Below, piece after piece: positions 51,705 through 62,051 of a DNA stretch of 64,000 nt (the stretch's first letter is position 1; each line of letters begins with the position of its first letter). The translations under genes and the position numbers were made by a program. This DNA is from an uncultured Thermoleophilia bacterium. Its GTDB lineage: Bacteria > Actinomycetota > Thermoleophilia > UBA2241. The DNA is taken from assembly GCA_963696935.1 (NCBI GenBank), contig CAVOMB010000041.1, forward strand, positions 9,066 to 73,065. Direction: 5' to 3'. Under the pieces are notes generated by a model that searched no databases, was not told the origin of the DNA, and saw nothing but the letters and a program-made list of their open reading frames with translations.

Positions 51705-53026
51705 TCCTCGACCTCGCGCCCGCTCCCGCGCCGCTTGAGAAGCACGACGACGAACGATCCGCCGATCAGGACGACGACGCCGATCACCACCCAGGCCGTC
51801 GTCGACAGCCCGCCGCTCTCTGCCGCCGCGGTCGCTGCTACCTTGGGCCTCACGGTCAGGTAGCTCTGGCGGTCGATCATGTTGGCCCACACGCTGCCGC
51901 CCACGTAAGGCTGCCAGCCCTCCCACCGTGATGTGTTCACAGCCTGCAGCACGGAGGGGTAGTCGATCACGATCATGGGCTGCTCCGCGTACATGACGGC
52001 CTGGCCCTACTTGAGCAGTTCCATGCACTTCGCGGTGTCCATCTCGCGGTACTGCTCCTCCGTGAGCTTGTCGTACTGCGCGTTCGACCAGTTCATCTCG
52101 TTGTAGTTCTCGATCTGGTCGGTGGTGAAGCAGGCCGCGGAGTCGCCCGGGTCGATGTAGCCCATGAAGTCCCAGAGCGCGAGGTCGTAGTCGGGCGCGT
52201 ACGTGTCGCCCTTGTAGTTCCAGATGGCGTCGCCCAGCGCGCCCTCGTCGACCACGGAGAGCTTGACGTCGTCGTTGGTGTAGTACTGGAAGATGACCTC
52301 GTCGATGCTGGGCTGCTTGCCCCAGTAGGAGGGGTCGCGGACCATCTTCACGTAGTCGTCCTTCTTGAACTCCACGGTCTGGAACGGCCCCGAGCCGACG
52401 ATCGGCGTGGGGTTGCGGAACGTGGTGTTCAGCTGGCTGGGAGTCAGCTTGCCCCAGATGTGCTCGGGCAGGACGTAGATGTAGATCTGCGTCGTGAGCA
52501 TGTTGGCCTTGGGCTGCGTGCAGCACACCTTGAGCGTGGTGTCGTCGACGGCGACGGCCTTCTTCACGCCCTTGAGGTAGACGGAGGTGCTCAGATCGTC
52601 CCTGAGGATGGTGTTGAACGTCCAGGCCGCGTCGGCGGCGGTGAGCGGCTGGCCGTCCTGCCACTTCACGCCGGGCCGGATCTTGAACGTCCACTTCTTC
52701 TGGTCCGGCGAGAGCGACCAGTCCTCCGCGAGGCCGGTCTCCTTGGACGGGAGCCCGTCGGCGCCGATGCCGACCAGCGTGTCGTAGTTGAGCATCCAGA
52801 TCTCATAGGACGTGCTGTAGCCGACGAAGGGGTTGAGGTTGAGCGGCCCCTCGTTCCAGCCCAGCCGCAGGGTGACCTTGCCGGAGGCGGGCGTCGCCGC
52901 CGGCGAGGACGTGGCGGCGAAGACCGTCGCTACACAGGCGGCCAGGAGTGTGAGCAGGACGATGACGGTGATGGTGAGTGTGACGACGCCCTGCCGTCCG
53001 CGCCGGCCGGTGTCTCGTCTGTTCAT
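51701..53026 (-). pseudogene. second family-5 substrate-binding protein with C-terminal TM anchor, interrupted by an in-frame TAG at 52007..52009
   Basis: ORF 52007..53047(-) and ORF 51701..51994(-) are in the same frame and separated only by TAG: ...DTAKCMELLK-TAG-GQAVMYAEQPMIVIDYPSVLQAV.... The alignment to the first SBP (RRDLIVAMQKLLYRDDPYVVLWYNVNLQAF) is collinear across the stop. Start at ATG 53026 (MNRRDTGRR...). Confidence 0.8.
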
Positions 53027-53091
53027 GGTGGGTCCCCAATGTACCACTGGTCGGCGCCGGCCGGGTCGGCCGCGGCGCCGCGGACTCGCGC

Positions 53092-53121
53092 ACGCTACCG
53101 GGCGCGCAGGCGCTCCGTCAA
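53092..53121 (-). promoter_or_regulatory. candidate promoter for the SBP2-led operon
   Basis: The minus strand reads TTGACG-18 nt-TAGCGT about 70 nt upstream of ATG 53026. Sequence match only. Confidence 0.3.
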
Positions 53122-53423
53122 CTGTCCGCCGCGCCCAAGTATGGCGCGCTCGTATGAGGGCGACGTGAGCGGCGGCCGCGGCGCGCCGGGGATGTGTCGA
53201 TCCGGAGTCGGAGCCTTCGCCGGCACCTTGGATGGCGCCAGCGATGGTGCCATCCAGGGCTCATACTCCTGGAGCACATCACCCCCGGGGCGCAGAGGTC
53301 GGGGCGGCGTGACCCCGGCTTAGAACCCCGCCGCAAGCCGAGGGGGGCCTGAGCCGGGCGGGGCCTCCGCCGCGAGCCGGACGGCCGGACCCAAGTCGGG
53401 AAGGCGGGGCCGAGAACGGCGAA

Positions 53424-53483
53424 GGCCGGCGGTGCATGCGCACCGCCGGCCCTGCCGGACGCGAAAGAGGCTTTGCTCTTTCG
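53424..53483 (-). terminator. two hairpins downstream of groEL
   Basis: cgaaagag-gctttg-ctctttcg (53462..53483) and ggccggcggtgc-atgc-gcaccgccggcc (53424..53451). There is no clear U-tract. Confidence 0.45.
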
Positions 53484-53565
53484 ATATATGTCGCCTCGAG
53501 CTGACGCGGCTCAAGACTCGCCGAAGGCGGAGTTTCTAGGCGATCACCACCGCAGGTGAATCGAC

Positions 53566-55209
<1,644 letters not shown>

Positions 55210-55222
55210 TCAGCCTCCCTTC

Positions 55223-55519
55223 CTATTTCTCGACTACGGCCAGGATCTCGCTGGCGCGCAGAATCAGCAGTTCGTCACCGTCGGCGGTCTTGTACTCGGT
55301 GCCCGCGTACTTGCCGTAGATGACCTTGTCGCCTTTCTTGACGTCCATGGGAACGCGCTTCTTGCCGTCCTCGTCCCACTTGCCGTCTCCGGCGGCGACG
55401 ACCTCACCCATCATCGGCTTCTCTTTCGCCGTGTCGGGGAGAACGATGCCGCTGGCAGTCTTCTCCTCTTCCTGGACCGCCTTGATGATGACGCGGTCTT
55501 CGAGCGGCTTGAGCTTCAT
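55223..55519 (-). CDS. groES: co-chaperonin GroES
   Basis: 98 aa. [13 protein letters not shown]...[12 protein letters not shown]. Confidence 0.97.
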   Translation of the reverse strand: MKLKPLEDRVIIKAVQEEEKTASGIVLPDTAKEKPMMGEVVAAGDGKWDEDGKKRVPMDVKKGDKVIYGKYAGTEYKTADGDELLILRASEILAVVEK

Positions 55520-55567
55520 GCAGCAACCCTCCTTGGTGTGTACACCGTGGTTTCTCTCACACTTCTT

Positions 55568-55594
55568 CTAGCACTCTCGGGGAGAGAGTGCTAA
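55568..55594 (-). promoter_or_regulatory. CIRCE element (HrcA operator)
   Basis: CTAGCACTC-tcggggaga-GAGTGCTAA, compared with the consensus TTAGCACTC-N9-GAGTGCTAA. It lies ~50 nt upstream of the groES start. Confidence 0.9.
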
Positions 55595-55609
55595 TCCACA
55601 CAGCTCGAT

Positions 55610-55638
55610 ATGGTATGACCGGTCCCGGAAGATGTCAA
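55610..55638 (-). promoter_or_regulatory. putative groESL promoter
   Basis: The minus strand reads TTGACA-17 nt-TACCAT, ending ~15 nt upstream of CIRCE. Confidence 0.5.
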
Positions 55639-55819
55639 ACCATCTCGGAGCAAGACATGAGCAGGGCATGAGCGGACGGCTAAAGGACTGTTTTCCAGGT
55701 ATTTCACCCCGTCCAAGGAGCGTGCTCCTGTGTGTCAATCCGGGTCTTCGAGTGCCGCCCCCCTGGTCGCCGGCAGGCGCAGGGCCTAGGATGTGGGCGA
55801 TGGGACCGGGGCCGCGCAC

Positions 55820-56263
55820 ATGAGGGTGCTGCTGCAGCGGGTGAGCCGCGCGTCCGTCGCCGTGGACGGCGTGGAGCGCGGCGCGGTGGGCCGCGGGTTC
55901 CTCGCCCTAGTGGGGGTCGCCCACGGAGACGACGCCGCCGCGGCCCGCAGACTCGCGGCCAAGACGGCGCGGCTGCGCGTGTTCGCCGGCGACGCCGGGC
56001 TCATGAACCTGGCGCTCGGCGACGTCGGCGGCGAGGTGCTCGCCGTATCGCAGTTCACGCTGTACGCCGACACCCGCCGGGGCAACCGTCCGAGCTTCAC
56101 AGACGCCGCCCCTCCGGAGCTGGGGGAGGCTGTGTACGAGACCTACGTGGAGGCGCTGCGCGCCGAGGGTGTGCCGGTGCGGACCGGCGTGTTCGGCGCG
56201 CACATGCAGGTCGACCTGGTCAACGACGGTCCCGTGACGATCCTGCTGGAGGCGACACCATGA
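55820..56263 (+). CDS. dtd: D-aminoacyl-tRNA deacylase
   Basis: Start at ATG 55820 ([13 protein letters not shown]...[17 protein letters not shown]...). Confidence 0.93.
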   Translation: MRVLLQRVSRASVAVDGVERGAVGRGFLALVGVAHGDDAAAARRLAAKTARLRVFAGDAGLMNLALGDVGGEVLAVSQFTLYADTRRGNRPSFTDAAPPELGEAVYETYVEALRAEGVPVRTGVFGAHMQVDLVNDGPVTILLEATP

Positions 56264-56673
56264 CCGAGCAAAGCTACGGACGCCTCATCGACCACGTCCA
56301 CCTCAGAGTGAAGGACCTGGAGGCGAGCGCGCGCTTCTACGAGACCGTGCTGCGCGCGCTCGACCCGACGATCCTGGTGGAGCGGGGAGACGCCTGGGTA
56401 CAGGCGGACGAGCTGTTCCTGAGCGCCGACGGCACACCGCACCCGATCCACCTCGCCTTCCAGGCGGAGGACGAGGAGGCGGTGCGCCGCTTTTGGGAGG
56501 CGGGGCTGGCCGCCGGCGGCGTGGACAACGGCCCGCCGGGCGTGCGCACCTACCACCCGGGCTACTACGCCGCCTACCTGCTGGACCCCGACGACAACAA
56601 CGTCGAGGCGGTGTTCCACGGGCCCAGGCTGTCCGGCGAGTCTGCCGGGCTCACCTCGGTCGTCCAGCCCTGA
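56260..56673 (+). CDS. VOC/glyoxalase-family protein
   Basis: ATG 56260 overlaps the dtd stop (ATGA). [22 protein letters not shown]...[19 protein letters not shown]. Confidence 0.8.
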   Translation: MTEQSYGRLIDHVHLRVKDLEASARFYETVLRALDPTILVERGDAWVQADELFLSADGTPHPIHLAFQAEDEEAVRRFWEAGLAAGGVDNGPPGVRTYHPGYYAAYLLDPDDNNVEAVFHGPRLSGESAGLTSVVQP

Positions 56674-56764
56674 CTCCGGCCCGCCCGCCGGCGGACCTCC
56701 GGACGACGAGAAGGAGCCGGGGCGCCCGCGGCGCCCCGGCTCCTTTGTCACTCTGAAGAGTCGC

Positions 56765-57238
56765 TCAGCCCGCCTGCGGCGCGCGGACCTTGTTGTCGAT
56801 GTCCGCCGGCGAGTCGTACGGCTTGACGGACTTCTGCAGCGAGATGCCGCCGAAGATACCGGAGATCCAGGCGAGCACCCAAGGAGCCGCCCAGTAGTAG
56901 AAGTAGGGCATCCAGCGCGTGCGCAGCGGGTCGCCCATGAACGGCGGGCGGCCGCGGTCGTACACGGAGATGAGGCCGATCAGGGCGCCGGTGCAGACGA
57001 TACCGATGCCGAGCGCCGGCCACCTGAAGGCCAGCAGGCCGCCGATGACCATGATGGCCCCGAGGCCCACCAGGGCGTGGACGCCCGACAGGTAGTCGCT
57101 GTAGATGAACAGGAAGCTCGGGATGCCGAAGACCGGCTGCGGACTCTGGAAGTGGGCATACAGCCCGCCGCCGATGGCGGCAAGGCCGCCGAGGATGCCG
57201 ACGACGGCGGCGATGCGCGCGTAAGTCTGGCTGCTCAC
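56765..57238 (-). CDS. hypothetical integral membrane protein (4 predicted TM)
   Basis: 157 aa, hydrophobic. The start overlaps the permease stop by 4 nt. No family recognised. Confidence 0.55.
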   Translation of the reverse strand: MSSQTYARIAAVVGILGGLAAIGGGLYAHFQSPQPVFGIPSFLFIYSDYLSGVHALVGLGAIMVIGGLLAFRWPALGIGIVCTGALIGLISVYDRGRPPFMGDPLRTRWMPYFYYWAAPWVLAWISGIFGGISLQKSVKPYDSPADIDNKVRAPQAG

Positions 57239-58659
57239 GCCGTCCTCCCTTCAACAGCCGCACCGAACGGCGTCAGTTCTCCCTCGGGCGTGAGGGTCGA
57301 GCCCTCGAGGGCCTCGTCGGTCACGCCCTTGTACACGCTCTTGAAGATGAGGTAGGCGATGGGGCCGGTGAGCACGCCGGCGAGACCGCCGATCATCCAG
57401 TCGGTGCCGTTGACGAACAGCGCGATGATGGCGATGGCGATCGGGAAGAAGACCCACACCCCCAGCGCCCAGGTGGGCAGCGGCACGCGGAAGGCCCGTG
57501 ACGCGTTGGGCTCCCGGATGCGCAGGATCATGGCCGTCAGGTAGATGAGCACGTAGGGGAACATGAGCAGGAACACGTCGATGGTGATGAGTGCGCTGAA
57601 GTTGAAGTTGATCAGCACGGCGTTGACGAAGCCCATGACGAGGATGGCCACCCACGGGGTGCCCCAACTCGGGTGCGTCTTGCCGAAGACCCGCGGGAAC
57701 AGACGGTCGCGCGACATCTGGTACGCGGGCCGCGCGCCCGTCGCCAGGTACCCGGCGTACAGACCGATGTTGGAGAAGATGGCCGAGATGAGCAGCAGGT
57801 AGCCGAGGACGTTGCCCCCGACCAGCTTGGCCGCCACGACGAAGTCGACGCCGCCGCCGCCGGTCCACATGTTCATCCAGTTGTCCGGGCCGTCGACGCG
57901 AGCGATGCGGATGGAGGCCCAGACCGTGACGAAGTACACGAAGATGACGATCGGCGTGGTGATGAGCAGCGCCCTGGGGATGATCCTCTGCGGGTTCTCG
58001 ATCTCGCCGGCGACAGTGCCGATGGACTCCCAGCCCGAGTACATCCACATCATGATCGCCAGCCCGAGGTTGAGCGACGTGAGCACACTCTCGCCCGGCA
58101 CGAGGACGGGCGAGAACGAGTTGCCCGTGCCTTTGAAGACGCCGTACACGGTGAAGATGAGCAGCGGCACCAGCACGACGATCTGGATGACGATGAGCGC
58201 CCAGCCCGTCAGGTCGAGGCCCCTGATGTTGATGAAGGTGAACACGGCGACGATCGCTATGCCGATGGCCGCTCGCTCGGCGGCGCCGAACCCCCACTGG
58301 TTCTGCATGTAGTCGAGGGCCATGGCGACGTAGACGGCGGAGTCGACGTACAGCGACAGCGTCCACCACCAACCGGCCTGGAAGCTCCAGTACTCGCCCA
58401 TGCCCCGGCGGATCCAGCGGTACAGGCCGCCGGCCTCGGGGATCATCGCCGAGAGCTCCGACGAGACAAACGCGAGCGGTACGCTCCAGACCAGCGGCAG
58501 CACCAGGATCATGATGAGCGTGAGTCCCGGACCGGAGGACGAGATCACGTCCTCCATGCCGAACGAACCGGAGCAGGTCAGCGTGAAGACGAAGACGACC
58601 GCGGTGATCAGCCGCATCCGAACGCGCTTGAGCCCCTCGTTGCGGAGCATTTCGGTCAT
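57235..58659 (-). CDS. APC-superfamily amino acid/polyamine permease
   Basis: 474 aa, about 12 TM. SGSFGMEDVISSSGPG...ELSAMIPEAGGLYRW is the typical APC N-terminal motif. Confidence 0.88.
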   Translation of the reverse strand: MTEMLRNEGLKRVRMRLITAVVFVFTLTCSGSFGMEDVISSSGPGLTLIMILVLPLVWSVPLAFVSSELSAMIPEAGGLYRWIRRGMGEYWSFQAGWWWTLSLYVDSAVYVAMALDYMQNQWGFGAAERAAIGIAIVAVFTFINIRGLDLTGWALIVIQIVVLVPLLIFTVYGVFKGTGNSFSPVLVPGESVLTSLNLGLAIMMWMYSGWESIGTVAGEIENPQRIIPRALLITTPIVIFVYFVTVWASIRIARVDGPDNWMNMWTGGGGVDFVVAAKLVGGNVLGYLLLISAIFSNIGLYAGYLATGARPAYQMSRDRLFPRVFGKTHPSWGTPWVAILVMGFVNAVLINFNFSALITIDVFLLMFPYVLIYLTAMILRIREPNASRAFRVPLPTWALGVWVFFPIAIAIIALFVNGTDWMIGGLAGVLTGPIAYLIFKSVYKGVTDEALEGSTLTPEGELTPFGAAVEGRTA

Positions 58660-58692
58660 CCGGACCCCCCCCCGAGTACGTTTGACTAAGTT

Positions 58693-60396
58693 CTAAGACA
58701 GCGCCTCAGGGGCGAGTTGCCAGAGGTCGACCGCCAGCTTGTCGTTCTCACCGTAATCTATCGGGACGTCGATGACAACGGGTCCGGGGTGCCGGAGGGC
58801 GCGGGCGAGGAGGGGTTTGACGTCGCCGGCCTTCTCGGCGCGGAAGCCCTGGACGCCGAACGAGCTGGCGAGCATCACCATGTCGGGGTTGTCGAAGCGC
58901 GTGCCGGCGATGCGCCCGTACTTGCGCCTCTGATGCATCTCGATGAGGCCGTAGCCGCCATCGCTCCAGACCACGACGACGAAGGGTAGGCCGAGGCGGC
59001 GCGCCGTCTCCAGTTCCTGGACGTTCATCAGGAAGCCGCCGTCGCCGGTGATGCAGACGACCTTGCTGCGGCCGCGGCGCGCCAGCGCCGCGGCGATGCT
59101 GGCCGGCAGGCCGAAGCCCATGGCGGCGAACCCGTTGCTGATGAGCACCGTGTTGGGCTCGCGCGCCTCCCAGAAGCGCGCCACCCAGAGCTTGTGCGCG
59201 CCGACGTCGCTGACCAGGACGTCCTCCGGCGACATGAGCTCGCGCAGGTCGTGCAGCACGCGCTGCGGCTTGATGGGGAAGTCGTCGTCGGTGCCGGCGT
59301 GCAGGACGCGGCTGAAGGCGGCGCGATACGGCCGCGTCTCAAGGCTCGCGACCTCCTTGCCCTCGAGCAGCCCGGTGAGCTGGAACAGGATGCGTGAGAG
59401 ATCGCCGATGAGCTCGACCTCGGGCACGAAGTTGCCGTCGATCTCGGGCAGCACCGTGTCGATGCAGACGATGCGCTGCCGCCCGTCCGGGTTCCAGGCG
59501 GAGGGCGGCCACTCGATCATGTCGTAGCCCACGGCGATGACCAGGTCCGCGCGGCCGAGCAGGCCCTGCGGGTAGTCCTGGCGGCGCAGGCCGGCGGTGA
59601 ACAGGAAGTGCGGGTCCGAGGCGTCGAGCACGCCCTTGCCCATGAAGGTCGTGATGACGTGCAGCCCGGTCGACTCGCAGAAGGCGCGCAGCGCGGGCGC
59701 CGCCGCCTGGCGCACCACCCCGTTGCCGGCGAGGATGACCGGCTGCCGGGCGCCCTGGATGATCTCGGCGGCGCGCAGCAGGCTCACAGGGTCGGCCTCG
59801 ATCATGGCCTGCGGGCCGTGGGGCAGCGGCGCGCCGATGACGGGCGTGCCCATGATGTCCTCGGGGAGCTCCAGGTGCGTGGCGCCCGGCTTCTCCGCCG
59901 CGGCGATGCTGAACGCCTTGCGCACGGCCTCGGGCACCATGCGCGGGTGATGGATGCGCGTGTTCCACTTGGTCATGGGGCGCAGCATGTCGACGGTGTC
60001 GATGAACTGGTGGGTGGTCTCTTTGTGCATGCCGGCGAGGCCGGTCTGCCCGGTGATGGCGACCAGCGGGGCGTGGTCCAGATTGGCGTCGCCGATACCC
60101 GTGGCGAGGTTGCTGGCGCCCGGGCCCAGTGTCGCCAGACACACCCCCGGGCGCCCGGTGAGGCGGCCGTAGGCGTCCGCTATGAACGCCGCGCCCTGCT
60201 CGTGCCGCGTGGGCACGAAGGTGATGAGCTGCGAGCGGTCGAGCGCCTCGCTCAGGTCCAGCGTCTCCTCGCCGGGGATGCCGAACACGAACTCGACCCC
60301 CTCGTTCTCCAGGCAGTCGACGAAGAGGTCGGCCGCGGTACGAGGGTTCTCGCCGGGGGGCGCGGGAGGGAAGACGGAGTCGGGGCGGTGGGTCAT
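58693..60396 (-). CDS. thiamine-diphosphate-dependent enzyme, acetolactate synthase large subunit-like
   Basis: 567 aa. FGIPGEETLDL...RHEQGAAFIADAYGR...GPGASNL, and the TPP-binding segment GDGGFLMNVQELETA. Confidence 0.85.
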   Translation of the reverse strand: MTHRPDSVFPPAPPGENPRTAADLFVDCLENEGVEFVFGIPGEETLDLSEALDRSQLITFVPTRHEQGAAFIADAYGRLTGRPGVCLATLGPGASNLATGIGDANLDHAPLVAITGQTGLAGMHKETTHQFIDTVDMLRPMTKWNTRIHHPRMVPEAVRKAFSIAAAEKPGATHLELPEDIMGTPVIGAPLPHGPQAMIEADPVSLLRAAEIIQGARQPVILAGNGVVRQAAAPALRAFCESTGLHVITTFMGKGVLDASDPHFLFTAGLRRQDYPQGLLGRADLVIAVGYDMIEWPPSAWNPDGRQRIVCIDTVLPEIDGNFVPEVELIGDLSRILFQLTGLLEGKEVASLETRPYRAAFSRVLHAGTDDDFPIKPQRVLHDLRELMSPEDVLVSDVGAHKLWVARFWEAREPNTVLISNGFAAMGFGLPASIAAALARRGRSKVVCITGDGGFLMNVQELETARRLGLPFVVVVWSDGGYGLIEMHQRRKYGRIAGTRFDNPDMVMLASSFGVQGFRAEKAGDVKPLLARALRHPGPVVIDVPIDYGENDKLAVDLWQLAPEALS

Positions 60397-60519
60397 ATTG
60401 ACTGCGAGTCTAGCAGGCCGGTATGGAGGCGTGCGTCCGCGCAGCGATGGTGTCCAGCCTGTTCGGACGGACGGACGATCGGGAGGCGGGGCGCGCCCGT
60501 GTGCCGGGAGCGACGCCGG

Positions 60520-61554
60520 TCAGGAGCCGCGGGCGGCACGCTTGCGCGGCGGCCGCGCCGCCTTGGCCTCGGCGTCGCTGGCGAAGGCGTCCAGGCCGAG
60601 GTACTCCGGCCAGGGCAGCGCCGGCAGGAAGCCGGCCGCCAGGCCGATCATGCCGGCGTTGTCGGTGCACAGGCTGAGCGGCGGCAGCGAGAGCTGCAGG
60701 CCCTCGGCCTCGCACGCTTCGGTAAGGGCGCCGCGCAGGCCGGAGTTGGCGGCGACGCCGCCGGCGACGGCGATCCGACGCAACCCCTCGTGCTCCGCAC
60801 CGGCCACCGTCTTCTCCACGAGCTGGCGGACGATGGCCGCCTGGTACGAGGCGGCGATGTCGGCGCGGTGCTGCTCGATCTCGGCCGCGTCGCGCGCCCT
60901 GAGGTCGTAGAGCAGCGCCGTCTTGAGACCGCTGAAGCTGAAGCCGCGGCCGCGCGTCACGGCGCGCGGAAAGCGGGCGAAGCCCGGATCGCCGCGCGCC
61001 GCCAGTTCATCGAGCTCCTTGCCGCCCGGGTAGCCCAGGCCCAGCAGCCGGGCGCCCTTGTCGAAGGCCTCGCCGGCCGCGTCGTCCATGGTCTTGGTGG
61101 CGACGCGGTACCGCACGCCCTCCTCCACCACGGCGAGCAGCGTGTGTCCGCCGCTGGCGACCAGGCACACGAACGGCGCCTCGACCCCATGGGCGTAGTT
61201 GGCGGCGATGTGCCCCTGGATGTGGTTCACGGGGATCAGGGGCAACCCGCGCCGGTAGGCGATGGACTTCGCCGTCGCCAGCCCGACCAGCAGGGCCCCG
61301 ATGAGACCGGGGCCCTGGGTGGAGGCGACGGCGCCGAGGTCGTCCCAGCCGGCGCCGGCCTGGCTCAGCGCCTCGGCGACGACCTCGTTGACCAACTCCG
61401 TGTGGCGGCGTGAGGCCACCTCCGGCACCACACCGCCGAACTGCGCGTGCAGCTCGTTCTGCGACGAGACGACGGACGAGAGGACCTCGCGTCCCCGGAC
61501 GACGGCGGCGCTGGTGTCGTCGCAGGACGTCTCGACGGCGAGGATGAGGCCCAT
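60520..61554 (-). CDS. tsaD: tRNA N6-adenosine threonylcarbamoyltransferase TsaD
   Basis: Start at ATG 61554 (MGLILAVETSCDDTSAAVV...VNHIQGHI...). The longer ORF-track extension is out of family. Confidence 0.95.
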   Translation of the reverse strand: MGLILAVETSCDDTSAAVVRGREVLSSVVSSQNELHAQFGGVVPEVASRRHTELVNEVVAEALSQAGAGWDDLGAVASTQGPGLIGALLVGLATAKSIAYRRGLPLIPVNHIQGHIAANYAHGVEAPFVCLVASGGHTLLAVVEEGVRYRVATKTMDDAAGEAFDKGARLLGLGYPGGKELDELAARGDPGFARFPRAVTRGRGFSFSGLKTALLYDLRARDAAEIEQHRADIAASYQAAIVRQLVEKTVAGAEHEGLRRIAVAGGVAANSGLRGALTEACEAEGLQLSLPPLSLCTDNAGMIGLAAGFLPALPWPEYLGLDAFASDAEAKAARPPRKRAARGS

Positions 61555-61562
61555 CGCCGTCG

Positions 61563-62051
61563 TCACGCCGAGTCGCCCTCCCAGTCCTTCCACATGATGG
61601 CCGCGTCCTCGCGGTCGTCGCTGTAGTAACCCGGGCGGACGCCCGTGGAGACGAACCCGAAGCTGCGGTACAGCTCGATGGCCGGCGTGTTGGACACGCG
61701 CACCTCGAGGGTGTGGCCGCGGTGACCCTTGCGCTCGGTGATCTCGAAGTAGGCCTCGACCAGCAGCGAGGCGACGTGCTGGTGGCGCATCTCCTCGGCG
61801 ACACAGAGGTTCATGAGGTGCCAGACGTCGACGAACATGTCGGCGATGAGGTAGGCGACGATGTGCCCGTCGTCCTCGCAGACCAGGCAGATGCCGGTCT
61901 CGCGCGCCAGTTGCCCATGGAAGATGGCCAGCGACCACGGGAGCGTGAAGCTGCGGGCCTCGAGCGCCGCGACAGCCTCCAGGTCGGTGAACTGCATGGG
62001 CCGGACGACGCGCTCGTGGCACACGTGGTCGGGCACGGCCTGGAGGCTCAT
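61563..62051 (-). CDS. rimI: ribosomal-protein-alanine N-acetyltransferase
   Basis: Start at ATG 62051, overlapping the tsaB stop. GNAT motif HRGHTLEVRVSNTPAIELYRSFGF. Confidence 0.88.
   Translation of the reverse strand: MSLQAVPDHVCHERVVRPMQFTDLEAVAALEARSFTLPWSLAIFHGQLARETGICLVCEDDGHIVAYLIADMFVDVWHLMNLCVAEEMRHQHVASLLVEAYFEITERKGHRGHTLEVRVSNTPAIELYRSFGFVSTGVRPGYYSDDREDAAIMWKDWEGDSA

Noticed and set aside
52007-52009. Reading the in-frame TAG in SBP2 as pyrrolysine, given that an MttB-family gene lies nearby.
   Set aside because: The MttB homologue itself has no in-frame TAG, so it is the non-Pyl type. TAG is used as an ordinary stop for ispD, lysS and the UDG gene in this window, and no pylT/pylS/pylBCD-like genes are visible here. 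I kept this only as a remote possibility in the finding.
53048-53565. A cobalamin riboswitch upstream of the methyltransferase cluster (I also checked 46801..47003).
   Set aside because: I could not find a B12-box-like core or the usual multi-stem arrangement on either strand by eye. Only generic GC hairpins are present. An Rfam scan would be needed to be sure.
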